Positions 36,131 to 49,830 of a stretch of DNA of 64,000 bases are shown in pieces; within the stretch, counting starts at the first letter, position 1, and each line of letters starts with the position of its first letter. This DNA is from Camelus dromedarius (lineage: Eukaryota): NCBI RefSeq assembly GCF_036321535.1, contig NC_087436.1, positions 101,310,001-101,374,000 of the forward strand, written 5' to 3'. The translations under genes and the position numbers were made by a program. The notes under the pieces are model-generated. The model ran no database searches. It saw only the letters and a program-made list of their open reading frames with translations, and was not told the DNA's origin.

Positions 36131-39100
36131 TGGTTCTCAATTCCTTTTATTCCTTTTAATTATCTGATTCTAGTTTTAAGTGGTATTTTATGCCATCTAT
36201 AATTCAATAATTGATGTCATTATATAGGCTATACTTGATTTATGAAAGTATTATTTTGTAGGTTTGAAAGAATGGATACCATCTTCTATAGTGTAGAAGA
36301 TAGAATAGTGAATTTCTGCATGATAATTCGATATTGTTAATAATAGAGAATATAACTGTTGATAAATCTTGTAGTAATTCAAATATAGCCCCCCAAAATA
36401 TCACAGTGTCCAGCAGCAGCAAATTTACCACAATATCAGCAGAACTGCATAATCTCCACTAATGTAAAGAAGCATTGGTGGTTGATCATGTATGGCAATT
36501 GCCCAATGAAATATGTAAATAATGAAAAGTACTGGAGAAGTTAAGGGGTCATCTTCATTTGGATCTGATAACAAGTTTTGCGTTTTCCTAACTACACAAT
36601 GACAACAACAACGTTTTGGGAAACTTATGTGATTGTTGTATATATGAGATCACCCAAGGGATTCCTGAATATCTTGTTGGGAACAGTGGGTTTACCTTCA
36701 AATTTATTTGATAGGGTGGCTTATGGAACACATGTGAGTAAGTAATTTTCTTATGAGTCACAAAGTCCTTATATAAATGATATGAAAATATAATGATATG
36801 AAAGTGATGTGAATAATATTAAAATAATCAAATCTGCTAAAGTCTTAAATCACTGGATGTTTAAATTTAACATTCTTTGCACAGTATTTTTATCCTTGAG
36901 GTTTTATTGTTAAGAAGTCACCAAAGTAAGTCCTTGTTTTTGTTTTGGTTTGTTTGTTTTCATCTTTCTGGAGTTATTACATATTTAAAATGTTTTGTAA
37001 CTGGAAACCTTGTGAGGGACATAATATAAACAAATTCTAGGTGTCTCATTTTCCTACAGTTGGACCTAATGAACCATTATTTTCCTTTGATCAACTATAC
37101 AGATTAGGTAACTTTACGTTTTAAAGGTAAACTGAAGTCAACTCTGTGGATCCAATGTAATTAATATTCCTTTTTTTTTAAACTCCAAATCTGTGTATTT
37201 TTACCTACTTTATGTGGAGAAATTTAAGAATTTGAAAAATAGGTGTACCATGTTTTAGACAATTTAGGAAATTTCCTAAAAAAATGAAGAAAAGTCCTCT
37301 TACTAAATTGTTCCAAGTTAATTTTTCAGGCCCAAGACATCCAGAAAAAAAATGTTCAACTTAATAGGCAAACTCAGGGGGCTTTCTGAGCTAAATATTT
37401 GGAGTTGAGAGATTTCCAAGGAGGAGCCTTGGTGAACTGGCTAGTCTTTGGATAAAAATACTAAAAGGCTAAAACTCTGAAGTGAGGATAAGTGGAAATA
37501 GATGGATCCTCAAAGGAATTGACTCGGAATTGAATCACTGTAAAATGATCAAATGAGAATATTTTGAGATTGCCATTTTCTTTAGCATAGTCACTTATCA
37601 GAGGTAGCTATAAGTTATCTCTTATGAAAAAAAAAAGTCAGCATTAAATTATCTTTGTAGTATTTTCTAGTGTGCATTTAAAAATAGTAAGACATTCCAG
37701 GAGGCAGTGACACATCACTGAAAAACAAGTGAAACAACAGATGATAGAAAGAGACCTATAGAGAATCTAAGTAATGGAGATAGGGAAAAAATTTTAAAAG
37801 ATTACTGATATTGGCATAGAAGTATAAAATACTTTAAGAACTATATGTAAATTCTTGATTAATATTCAATGAAAAATACTGTAATTGAATTTAAAAACTA
37901 ACTCAATGATTTAAATAATAGATTAGGCACAGATAAAGAGAGGAAGCCTGTGAATAGGAACATGGGTCTAAAAAACATCAAGACTGAAATTTGAAGAGAC
38001 AAAAAGATAAAAAATACATAAGGTTAAATTGTAATCCAATTTAATTTCTAAACTGGAAGAGTTTGGAGGGTAAAATTAGTCACTCAGATAACAGATAGTA
38101 ATTGATATCCATAGGTGTAAACTTTGACTGATTGGTCAAACCAGGATACGTGGTCACTCTACTCAGAGGATATACTTAAAAGGCCAAACGTTTTTCAAAG
38201 TCTAATTCAAGTCACAGAAAGGGATAATTGAGAAAATGGAGAGAATAAATGTTTGTAGAGATAATAGTAAAGAATTTTCTAAAATTGATGAAAGATATCA
38301 AGCATTGAAAACCCTTTAGGACTATGAAGCCATTCAAACCGTGTCCAAACTTAATTCTCCTTTTGGTTTGAAAGTTTAGATTTATAATGAATAAGCCATC
38401 AAAATAAATACTTACTCTAAGATTTAAAAAAATGGCACAGGCAGATTTTCTTGCAAGTGACAATCATAGTGTGAGTTTCACATTTTATGGTGACTAAACT
38501 CTGAAGGAAAAGCTTGCCATATCTTTGACTTGAGGAACCAAAGGAAGGAGCCTCAGATATGGGCCACAGAACGGTGCACAGGGAACTTTAGAAAAAATAA
38601 AGCCAGAGAGAGTAAATCCCAAATTTAGTGTATAATCTTTACCATTGTGTCTACCTGATTACTACTGTTTGGCTACATGGTAAACAGAAAGCATTCTAAA
38701 CTGAGATCCAAAGCTTTCAGACACGACAGAACTTGCAGTTTGAGTTTTACAAAGTTAATTATCAGCTAAAACAAAAAATATTTTTCAAAGCCATATAACA
38801 GAACCCAGAACAATATAAACACTCTACTTAAGGGCGTGGAGAGTGAGTGGAGAGTGAGTGGTAGCCGGAATGATGCTGGAGCTATCCTCTCAGCCCAAGC
38901 CTAAGCTGTAAATTAAAGGTACCATGGTTTCTCCTGTTGCATCTTCCTCGGTGTCAGTTTTCCAATACAAAGAGGCTAGTATTACATCAATGCTATTCAT
39001 ATCTAGGACAAAATCCCAAGTTGTTCAGTTTAACCATATTTAAAGACAAAAGTAAAAGAAAAGATGATCATCCCAATATATGAAGAAAAAGCATTTGAAA

Positions 39101-39884
39101 AGTGCTTTTGTGTGATGAAAAAAATCCACACATTCATGATTTAAAAAATCAGCAAATGAGGAACAGTAGAGAACTTTATCAACCTAATGAATAACATATA
39201 TGTAAAACTTTCAAGTAACTCCAAAGAGATGGTTAAAAGAGAAATCCCTTTAAGAGTAGAGAAAAAGGCAAGGATACTTTTTCTCCACAATTCTAAGCAG
39301 ATTGTACTGAAAGTTGATGCTGTTGCAATTGCACAACTTAAGTGGACACATTTTATTCCAAATAAATTATACCTCAATTAGGTTGATTAAAAAAAAAAGT
39401 ACTTGAATTTAATAGTCACCAATGTCTGCAAGAAATTATGAAGGAACAATGGATCTTCCATGAAACCTAGGTAAATCATAGTAGAGCTACTAGAAAACAA
39501 AGACAAAATAAAATCTTAAATGCAGCCTGAGAAAAATTTACAATTAATATTTTTATGCCCTTCATGGTCCAACAAATGAGATGGTTAAATTTGAGTAAGT
39601 CAAGGATCTATGTTACACTTTCTAGAGTAAACACTATAAGAATATTGTAAGATTCCACAGTATATCAAAAAGCTAATTGGGTCCAAAATAAGGAATAAAA
39701 ACAATCCACTGAAAGTTGCCACATAATGAAAGAAGCATTGATTAAGACAAATGCTAATAGTAAAATGGTACTTCTAAACTCGTATGTATCAGTTAGTACC
39801 CTAAATACTGCATTGTAATGTCCGAGACCATCAGATTATACAGATTTGAAAACAGCTATATAATGCTTAAAAGAGACATGTTTA

Positions 39885-39960
39885 TGTATGTATATGCATG
39901 ACTGGGACATTGTGCTGAATACCAGAAATTGACACATAGTAACTGACTATACATCAATAA
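39885..39960 (+). mobile_element. Ultra-short (76 bp) young L1 3'-tail insertion, camelid-like
   Basis: 'tgtatgtatatgcatgactgggacattgtgctg..ccagaaattgacaca..gtaactgactata' plus A-tail. 16-bp TSD AAAAGAGACATG[T/C]TTA at 39869-39884 and 39961-39976. TT|AAAA endonuclease site. Confidence 0.9.
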
Positions 39961-40900
39961 AAAAGAGACATGCTTAGAAAAATAAAAGTTAGCATTTGCA
40001 TGACATATGTATTTCCCATTATCCTATCTAAAAGAAAGAAGAAAGTTGGAAAATTTTTTAATATCTGAATAAGGTAAAATATTTAAAGAATGATGTTTCA
40101 TAATGTTAAAAGTTTAGAGATAGGAAAAGCGTATAGCAATTCTAAATTTTAAGGACCTATTAACATGATTCCTCATATATGAAACCAAGAGCTACAAAGG
40201 TAAATAAATACATCGCAATTATATTTGGAGATTTTCAGATAATTCCCAGTACAGATAGAACAAGTAGACTGAAAATTAGAATATATATAGAAAAGTTTAA
40301 CAAAAATGAAGTTAACAAACATGCTCTGATTATCATATAAACAACACTGTGCCCGACAAATGAAGAATAAAGATCTCTTTAGATTGCTCAAAGATAATTT
40401 ACTGAAATTGAACATATGCTGATGCATAAAGCAAGTATGAACAATTTCAAATGAGTGAAATCATAGAGAATATGTTTCAGAACCTGTAGAATTATGATGG
40501 GAATCATGACAAAAGAAAGTTAGAAATCCCACAGATGATTTGAATTACTATAACACATTTCTCATAACTTTTAGTTTTAAAGCAGACATCGCAATGTGAA
40601 TGAGTAAATTTGACATATCAAAAGTTGGAGGATGCAGCTATATATCACGAAGAGAAAATTAAGAGCCACAAATTCATAAATTAAAAAGAAGAAAGCCAAC
40701 GTCAGTGATATAAGACTATACTAAATAAAGTTAGAAAAAAATCAATAAATCATACCCAGAGATAGCAAAAGGTATAAAACAATACAGAAATGAACAGATA
40801 TTATAAAAATGTAAAATTAGCCTATGATAGAGGTGACTAAGGAAGAAGTTAGTTCTTTGTAAAGACCAATAAAACTAGCAAATGCCTGAAACCTGAAACC

Positions 40901-41890
40901 ACAGCTCAATATCAGAAAAGAGAAAAACAACCCAATCAAAAAAATGGGCAGAAGACCTAAATAGACATTTCCCCAAAGAAGGCATACATACAGATGGCCA
41001 ACAGACACATGAAAAGATGCTTAACATCGCTAATTATTAGAGAAGTGCAAATCAAAACTCCAGTGAGGTATCACCTCACACCAGTCAGAATGGCCATCAT
41101 CAAAAAGTTTACAAGTAGTAAATACTAGAGAGGGTGTGGAGAAAAGGGGATCCACCTACACTGTTGGTGGTAATGTAAATTGGTGCAACTAGTAAGGAGA
41201 AAGTGTGGAGGCTCCCTAGAAACTAAAAATAGACTTGCCATGTGATCCAGCAGTCCCATTCCTGGGCATGTTATCAGGGGGAAACTAACTGGAAAAGATA
41301 TACGCTCCCCAGTGTTCATAGCAGCACTATTTACAATAGTCAAGACATGGAAACAACTGAAGTGTCCATCAACAGAGGAATGAATAAAGATATGGTGTGT
41401 GTGTGTGTATATATATTTAACCATAGAAAAGAATAAAAATGCCACTTGCAGCAAAATGGATGGAACTAGAGATTATCATACTAAGCGAAGTAAGTCAAAA
41501 GCAAATATATCATTTATATGTGGAATCTACAATAATGATACAGATGAACTTATTTACAAAGCAGAAATCAACTCACAGACATAGAAAACAGCCTTTTGGT
41601 TACCAAAGGGGAAAGAAAAGCAGAGGAGGAATAAATTAGGAGTTTGGGATTAACAGATGCTATATATATGTGTATATATATATATATGTAAGCAATAATA
41701 TATAAATATATTTATACACACACACAAAATAGGTAAGTGACAAAGACCTACTACTGTACAGCACAAGGAACTGTATCAGTATCTTGTAATAACCTATAAT
41801 GGAAAAGGATCTAGAAAAGAATACACACACACACACACACACACCCCACTAACACAACATTGTAAATCAAATATATTTCAGCTAAAAAAT
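40901..41890 (+). mobile_element. 5'-truncated Cetartiodactyla-type L1 (ORF2 end and 3'UTR)
   Basis: Near-paralogue of 3302-4281 ('aaaaatgggcagaagacctaaatagacatt...ccaaaggggaaag...ataaattaggagtttgggattaacaga'). TA and CA tracts in the 3'UTR, A-rich end. Confidence 0.93.
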
Positions 41891-43693
41891 AAACTTGACA
41901 AGGTCATGGTAATAAAAGTACAAACCAATCTCATTCACAAACTTAGAAGCAAAAATCCTAAGCAAATATCAGACAACAAAACTCAGTGATTTTAAGAGGC
42001 TGTTATATCAAGAACCAAGAAGGTAGTATTAAGAAATTCCAGAATGACTTGCTATTTGAAAATTTATCAATGCAGTTCAGTATGTTAATAATAATAAAAT
42101 GATATAATTCTTTCAATATATTCAGAAAAATAAACTGATACAATTCAGGACCCATTCATAAGAAATTGTTGGAAACTAGGAATAGAAGCTAACTGTTAAG
42201 ACAGTAATTATACTTATAAAAGAGCATTCAGAATATATCACACACATCTATGAATTTTTTAAAAAATCTGCTTTATTCGTATGATACTCCATGTCCTTAC
42301 AAACTTGAAATTTCTTTTTGTCGGGAACCATGTTTTACAATTAATTTTGTATTTGTCTTTGGCACTGTACTGGGAAAATAAGGCACACTGAGCTAATTAC
42401 AAAGACAGTACTTTTACATCTTTTTGCTTGGAATTCTGTTGACTCAGATCTTTGCATTGCTAGCTCCTTCTTTTTTCTCTGATTTACTCAAGGATCATCT
42501 TTTTAGGGATGACTTCTCCAACCATCCTAGCCAAAACGATTCCCTAAGGTCTCTGAACATGTAGTCAGCTAAGTTACCAGGGATAAAAGCAATCAACTAA
42601 TATGATTATGTATTCATACTTGCATGGGACAGTATTTTTTGAGTTCTTCTAAGTGTCAAGGGTCCATCTACTTATTAAGGATAGAATAGTGATGAAAACA
42701 CAATCCCTGATCTGTTTTATTGTGGGAGGAATGAGCTAATTAAAATAACAAATATTAAAATTTCAGAAAGTGATGAAGAGTCCTTGACAATAAATCATAG
42801 TAGCAAGATAGAAAACAATTTGTTGTAGTACTTTTCATCCTTGGATTCCTCCTGTCAATGGCCATTTAAGAGTAATAATGTATGTTCATAATTCAACCAA
42901 ATACATTGTGATAATCACTTTTGGCTTAAAGATATGTGATTCCAAAAAAAGTAGTAAATGGAGATTGTATATGTATTTAATGGTAGGCTTTACAACTAAA
43001 TTAAAAATCAAATCTTTGTGTTTTCATTAACATTTAAAGACAGTAGCACCACATAATCAGTTCTACATATTTTAAAGTATATTTGAAATTTTAAATGTAT
43101 TACTTAGTAGAAGTTCTGTATTAATAATATCACTTTTCCTTTCCTCTAACCCCCAGAATTTATCCTACAAATTGTGGAGCACATAATTCTTTTTTATAAA
43201 GCTCTTGTCATTTTGTAGTGGTGCATTACTAATTAGACAATTATTTCTGTACTGGTAAAACATTACTTGAAGTATTTATTATAGCTCTTAGACTATTAAA
43301 AAGTTACCCAGTTGTAAATTGCTTACATTACATCAGGTATCATTTGCTACAGAGTTCAAAACTGCTTGTCCTTTCTCAAAGCAAGTGTTGCATAATTATA
43401 GTAAGCAACTGCAATTATAAACACATAACTTTCAAGAATGACATTCACTGACTTAATTGAAGTAAATTTCAAATGAATTTTTTTTCTTCAGACATAAAAT
43501 TAATAAATACTGCCCTTTGTAGAAAACCTCAATTATGTAAATTTTGTAATCTGTCCCTTCTGTGTTCATTCACATATTCTTTTGTTCAATGACTTGAGTA
43601 CCTAATATATGTAAGGAAACATACACAGAAAAGTCCATGGAACCAGCAATATAATGTAATAGGTGTTAGTGAATTTGTCAAGCAAGTGGCATC

Positions 43694-44194
43694 TGTTGCT
43701 AATTATCAGGAGTAGTAGTCTGAACACTTCTGTCCACTGCGTTTTGATACTGGAGTTGCCAAAGAAAACACAATGTAAGTCAAGCATTGGGTAGAACAAT
43801 GATTTACTCACATAGAGAAGAAACAGAGCAAGATTAACTTCATTAGTGGGTGTTGGCCCCCTTGGCCACCAGGTCCCTACCAGCAGTGAACACAGGGCAG
43901 TTAACCTATAGGAGCCCCTCTTGTGCTGCAGCAGAAGGATCTGATCCCCTCCTGGCAGAGAACAGATAATAGTAGTGGGGTTGGCCAGGTGCCATATGAT
44001 GCACATGCTTAAGCAAAACAAAGTGCACGTTGAATCTGAACAGAGAAAGCTGTTCCCACGCAAGGTGATAAATTCAGCACAAGCTGTGAGGTCTCTTTAT
44101 CTCTTGGTAAAGAAGTGTTTCTGGCCTCAGGCCCATTCTTAAGTGGCCGAATGGAAATGCAAAAACTGCACTTAGGAAATTGCCTTTCCCTACA
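43694..44194 (-). mobile_element. ERVL solo LTR (LTR53/MER74-group-like)
   Basis: Minus strand begins TGTAGGGAAAGGCAATTTC and ends GCAACA (TG...CA, about 500 bp). Internal 'aagaatgggcc...acacttctttaccaagagataaagag' matches the recalled LTR53-type consensus. Confidence 0.7.
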
Positions 44195-44229
44195 GAATTC
44201 ATGTTGAATTCATGCTCTTTGGGAGCCAC

Positions 44230-44495
44230 CTAGGAGATGCAGCTGCCTGTATGCAGTCTTAGCCTGACTTGGTGAAAGCATGGTGGCTAAATTAAGAGGG
44301 GAAACATTCTGTGATAATCTATATTGTCAGATAACATACAGAATTCTACTTTATTTTTGACATCATATTTTAGAAGAGCATTACCAAATAAGACTGTATT
44401 CAGAGGAAAATATTCAGAACAATAAGACTGGAAACTTTCATGTAAGGCAGAGTTGAAGAAATAGGGGAGGTCCAGTGTTAGCTAAAGAAAAATAA
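44230..44495 (+). mobile_element. L3/CR1 fragment (3' end resumes at about 46205-46320)
   Basis: 'catcatattttagaagagcattaccaaat...ttcagagg...ctggaaactttcatgtaaggcagagttgaagaaatagggga'. Downstream piece 'accatctgtcagagataatgtagaagg'. Confidence 0.65.
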
Positions 44496-44499
44496 AATG

Positions 44500-45837
44500 A
44501 ACATGGAGGAAAGGTAAAGGAAGTATAATTTGTGCTAAATGTCTCATAATAAGAGTGTAATTCTCAATAAGGTTCTAACTTTCATTACAATTTACATCAT
44601 AATTTATTACAATAATTAATAAAATGTTTTAAAGAGAGATAGAAACATAACAGTTAAAAAGTAGACCAAAAACCCCTATAAAATATATATTTTATGTAAT
44701 TAATGAATAAATCCAAAAGACATATTGAATTTGCATCCTGAAAACTGGAGTGAACTTTGTTTTCAACGGTTCATGGAACTTTATAAAGCTTCAATACAAT
44801 AGAGATTTTAATAACCAAATCTTTTTAAGAAACCTAGACAATAAGAACATCAGAAAAATGAACATTAAAAAACACGAACTACCCTTAATGATTATTTTCT
44901 AGCAAAAAATAAAAAGAAATTCTAAATTGCCATATAGTTTGTAAACAATAATAAACATGTCATATCTAAAACTTTGAAAACTAAGTAAAACAACCCTCAG
45001 AGGGATATCCTTAGCTGAAATATTTATATTAATAAAAGAAATAATTTAGTTGATTGAATTATCAAATCAATTAAAAGAATTAGAAAAATGATCAACAAAA
45101 CAAATCAAAGGAACCTGCAGAAAGAGCATAGTGAAGGTAAAGACAGTGGTTAGTGAATTGAAAAACAACAATCACATTTTAAATATCATTGCTTCTTTGA
45201 AAATGAAAAATAGCCAAGCCGATCAAGAAAAAATAAGGGGGAAAGTGGTATTAAATTATATATGAAAAAAAATGATAAGCTCTAAACTCTGTGAAAAACT
45301 AAAGAAAATGAAATATTTTATATCAAATATAATTTCAAGAATGGACTCCGAAAATACTGGAATAGTTAACTGACCAAACATTCTGGAAGAAAATTAGAAC
45401 ACAAAATGCCCTGAGCTTTCTGCCCCGCTATGACTTCCTTCAAATCTTTCAGAAATAAAAGATCCCATTGCTACTTAAACTGTTTAGGAGTTGAGAATAG
45501 GGAAAACTACAAATCATTTTTACAGAAGCAAGTGTTGTATCATTGTATCAAATTCCACTATGATATGCAAATGAAAAATACCATATGCTAGCCTTACCCT
45601 TGAAAAATGCTAAAGTATTTTAAAATATTAGCAAATAAAAATCTGAAACACTATAGGAAAAAATACATGGGATTGATTGTAGTAATAAGAAGTAGAATTT
45701 ATTATTAGAAATTTACTGTTTTAAGTTTATCAACAAAATTGATCAAAGGAGAAATGACATTAAAAAATCTCTAGGGATGCTTACAAAGCAGTTGATAAAA
45801 ATTAATATCCATTTCTGATAAAGAGTCTTTTTGAAAT

Positions 45838-45873
<36 letters not shown>

Positions 45874-46200
45874 AAAGCCACAATTATGCTTACATGTGAA
45901 ATACTAGGTCATGACCATTGAAGTCAGTAATGCCCAATATTGCCACTATTTATAAACACTTCCTGGCAGAACTTGACAATGCAATTAGGTAAGAGAAAGA
46001 CCTAATTGCTATAAACATGGGAAGGAAAGCATCTAACTTATCGTTATTTGCAGATGTTATTAGTTTTATACCTGGAAAACGTGAGAAAGCTGAAAAAAAT
46101 CCTCAGAAACAACAGACAAATTCAATAAGGGAGCTATTTACAAGATTAAGATATAAAAAACAATAGCTTTCTTACATACACATAAACATTTAGAAAATAT
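44500..46200 (+). mobile_element. Ancient L1 ORF2 fragment (L1ME/L1M4-like)
   Basis: A-rich sense L1 with a degenerate RT motif 'tcgttatttgcagatgttattag' (LFADD-like, about 46040) and 'aaagcagttgataaaattaatatccatttctgataaa'. Confidence 0.75.
45841..45871. repeat. (CA)n microsatellite
   Basis: Read directly; about 15 CA units. Confidence 0.95.
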
Positions 46201-46704
46201 TGGTGGAACTATTGAAGTTAACCATCTGTCAGAGATAATGTAGAAGGACCCCTTGAATGGGAGCACAGTTATTTTGGATGAATTCTAAACTTTTACCCAT
46301 TCTACAATTTGGGGAATCTGATTCTGTGAACAAAGGATTTTGACACTAGTGGCATCATTCTTGCGATCCAGCTTCCTGTAATTCTTGCACCTATTCTGAT
46401 AATTCTTGTATGTGCAATAAGGTTTGTTGGATTCTTCATTCTACACTCTGGTCTTGGTGCCTGAGTATCTTCTTGGACATTCAGCCTTCCTTGGCCCATT
46501 GCTCTAATCTGCTGAATATGCATATTTTAATTACTGTCTGTCTGTTTGTTACTGATCTGAACCTAGCTTGATCTTGACAAATAGACCATCCCAAACTGTG
46601 AGTTTTTTGATGGCATGGATTTTTGTCTTCATGTTAAATCTTTAGCATGTATTGAAATATCTGACACATAATGGGCATTAACTTAATACTTTGAAATTAA
46701 TACG

Positions 46705-47039
46705 TAAGTAATCCCCTGGTATCTGAAGGAGATTGGTTCCAAGACCCCCGTGGATACCAAAATTCATAGATGCTCTTGTATATATAAAACAGCATTGTAT
46801 TTGCATATAATATATGCACATCCTCCTGTATGCTCTAAATCATCTCTAGATTACTTATAATTCCTAATGCAATGTGAATGCTATATAAATAGTTATAAAT
46901 ACAATGTAAATGTAACGTAAACAGTTGCCAGTGCATCCCAAATATAAGTTTTGCTTTTTGAAACATTTTTCCTGAATTTTTTGATGCACAGTTTTTAAAA
47001 TTCATGGATGAGGAACCTGTGTTAATGGAGGGTCCACTG
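46705..47039. mobile_element. TcMar-Tigger MITE (MER2/MER2B-like)
   Basis: 'gattggttccaagacccccgtggataccaaaatt...aaatcatctctagattacttataa...ggatgaggaacc...ggagggtccactg' followed by TA. Confidence 0.88.
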
Positions 47040-47781
47040 TACACTCTGATTTTCTACATAATTCAGATTCATGTATTTGTTTTTAAGATGAGGACTTTCC
47101 CCAGTTTTGGTCTGCATAATTGCTTCCAGACTTCTGTCTCAAATTTGAGGTTTTGGGCCTTTGTTCCTATTCATCCTGTCCAAAATTATCTCTTCTAACC
47201 TAGAGGTTCTTTACTGGAGATTCACGCAAGCCCAGAAAGTCTGTCTGAGGGATTTGTTTATTTTTTTTGTAACTATCCTAATTGTACACCAAAGTTTTTA
47301 TTTACATATATATATTTCCATTTTTCTGAAGAATTGGTTCATAAATTTCATCCCGATTATATTATCTCTCCTTTCCGTATGCTTTGATGTGTTTTGCTGA
47401 TTCCACACCAATGCCTTCCAATACTAACACTCAAACTGAAAACTGACATTGTTTTATGATAATATACGTAGCTTGATGTCAGTAATAGTTTTTTGTTGTG
47501 TTAAAGGCTGTTTCTTCTGGAGATATTTTTTGTCTTGCCACATTCTCTCCAAGAAACAGTGTAGCAATAACTGGTGGATTTTACAAAATTTTCACCACAT
47601 TAAAGATTCATTTTCTACTAATAGTATATCCAGTGATGTATTTCCCGTTATTCTCCATGTGCTTGATCTTCACACACAGTGCTGGTTCAAATATCAAAGG
47701 GAGGACAAAATCTCATGGTATTGGCCAAACAGGACCCACTTATTTAGAATTTTAAAATGTGATGTTTTTTCTTCCTCTTTT

Positions 47782-48185
47782 TAAAGGCTTTCTGTTTTTA
47801 GAGCAGTTTCAGGTTTACAGCAAAATTGAGAGGAAGGTGTAAATACTTCCCACAAACTCCTTTCTCCCACATATGCATAGCTCATCCATCATCATCAAGT
47901 CCTACCAGAATGGTACATTTGTTACAACAGATCAACCTTCCTTGACAGATCATAATCACCCACAGTCCTTGGTTTACATTAGGGTTCACCCTTGGTGTTG
48001 TACACTCTAAGGGTGTGAACAGACTTATAATATGTGTCCACCATTGTATTATCGCACAGAGAAGTTTCACTGCTTTAAAATCCTTTCTGGTCTACCCTAT
48101 GTGTTTCTCCCTCTCCACTCATCCCTGGCAACCACTGATCTTTGTACTGCCTCTATAGTTTTGCTTTTTGCAGGATGCCGTGTAT
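47782..48185 (-). mobile_element. L1MC1-like 3' end
   Basis: 'tttagagcagtttcaggtttacagcaaaattgagaggaagg...tggtacatttgttacaa...tttacattagggttcacccttggtgttgtac'. Confidence 0.85.
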
Positions 48186-49554
48186 AAGATAAATACAAAA
48201 TTTAAAGTAAATTATGTTTTTCTTCTCAGGATTGGATTTAATCCTTAGTAAAAATTTCAACCTGCTACAATGAAAATGTTGAAATCTAAGTACTGCTCTT
48301 TAATAATGTGATTAGATTGGATCTAACTCTTCTGCCAGAGATTTGGAATGAAATACTTCCTGATCAGTTAACTATGTACATTTGGCTCATTCTTTTCTGA
48401 AATAGAAGTATAACTCAAAGAATTTTCTTATTTTCTTTTCTTTAAAGGAGGCTGCCACCAGAAAGGTCTTTGTTCAAGATGTCACTGAATCAGTTACATT
48501 CTTATCTTGTATAGTTAGGGGGCAGTCATCCAGGACAATGACTATCTTCTTACTCAGGTAGGAGAAACTGAAGCAGCAAGGAAACTAATTGAGGGAACTA
48601 TGTAAATTGAGGTGACTTCCTAATGCTTTCGAAAAGTATCTTATAAATTTGCACCCAGTGAGCAGTTTTGCTTCGTCACCTTTGTTAGAGGAAATGTAAC
48701 ACGCTACAGCACAGAGGCCAGTTCTGCCCACAGAGGTGCTTGTTTCATTTCATACACACACTGTTTGCCTGCACCACTTTTAAACTGAGCTTTGATTGCC
48801 AGTCTTGAATAATGATGAGATTTTTGCATTTAGCAAGATCGAGATTTCTGCCTTCACTTAAAAAGTCAAAAGATGTGCTTTGACTTTCCACGTCCACAGT
48901 GGAAAGATCAGATGACTCTGAGCAGCAGCTGCCTCTGTTAGGAAGGCTTAGGTAGAAGGCAGGAGTGAAAACTCCTGTTTTCTGCTGTCAACTCAAGGCA
49001 GGAGTGATGTGAGTGCCATTTACCATTGTATTTGTACTATTGTTCGTCTTATGCTGGGCCTTTTTCACTCATTTGTGGCAAATTACGTTTAACACACTTC
49101 TGATCCTAGACTAAATGGCAAAAATACAAAATATAACTGAAAAAATCAAAATATTTATAAAGTACACATAGAGACTAGTGTAAGTTACCCAAGTAGTTTG
49201 CTTGAGTAAATGCCTTCTGAGCTGATTATTTTGATTCCCCTGTTTTAAAGAGCTTATTTTCAACTACTCTTTTCATCTCTTTGTTGGCTTATAAAATTTG
49301 CATCCACCAGACTACTATAGATACTATCTGCATTTCCCAAAACTCTCCAGTGCTTTGCTCACTTCCCATATTTCATATAAACATACTCCTTTGTTCATCT
49401 CCCATTCCCATTCCCCAGTCACTCTCTCCATTCTGTTCCCTTCCTTCCTTCCATTGGATTCTTCTCCATGTGTTCTTTCATACCCAACTTTTTCCTCTCG
49501 TGGCACTCAGCTCATACTCAACTTCAATACTGAGTGCTTCTCACTGTAAAAAAG

Positions 49555-49830
49555 CCATTGAGGAACATTTGGGAAAATTTATATATGGACGGAGTAATTG
49601 AAAAGTGCTGTAAAATTATTAAAATTTCCAGAGGTGATGTTATTGTCGTTATGAAGGAAAATGTTTTTATTCTTAGATCTATATATAGAAGTATGATGAA
49701 GAAACTGTCAAAGTTTGTAATTGATCTTACAATTCAATATATTGTTAAAGATTAAATCTAGATGATGGGTACACATCTTTTCTTTATAATTTTATAAATT
49801 TAAAATTTTTCAAAATAGAAAAATTTTAAA
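49555..49830 (+). mobile_element. L1ME3/L1ME4-like 3' end
   Basis: 'ggtgatgttattgtcgttatgaaggaaaatgtttttattcttaga...aatctagatgatgggtaca...aaatttttcaaaatagaaaa'. Confidence 0.65.

Larger units (their letters stand above)
37370..42200 (+). mobile_element. Mosaic of ancient L1 (L1ME/L1M4-like) 5', ORF1 and ORF2 fragments hosting two younger L1 insertions
   Basis: A-rich sense L1 text throughout, for example 'gatcatcccaatatatgaagaaaaagcatttga' ([10 protein letters not shown] region, about 39065) and 'caaaccaatctcattcacaaacttagaagcaaaaatcctaagcaaatat' (about 41920-41970). Confidence 0.7.

Noticed and set aside
36304..36462. Open frame containing 'APQNITVSS', reminiscent of an FN3 motif
   Set aside because: Bounded by stops, no convincing splice sites, and the rest of the peptide does not fit FN3.
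43602..44063. 153-aa minus-strand ORF
   Set aside because: Most of it lies within an ERVL-type LTR and it has no recognisable domain.
47449..47784. Overlapping ORFs of 111 and 85 aa; minus-strand 'RITGNTSLDILL' resembling a LINE endonuclease motif
   Set aside because: There is no continuing homology (no SDH motif) and there are frequent stops, so I cannot support either a gene or a repeat call by eye.
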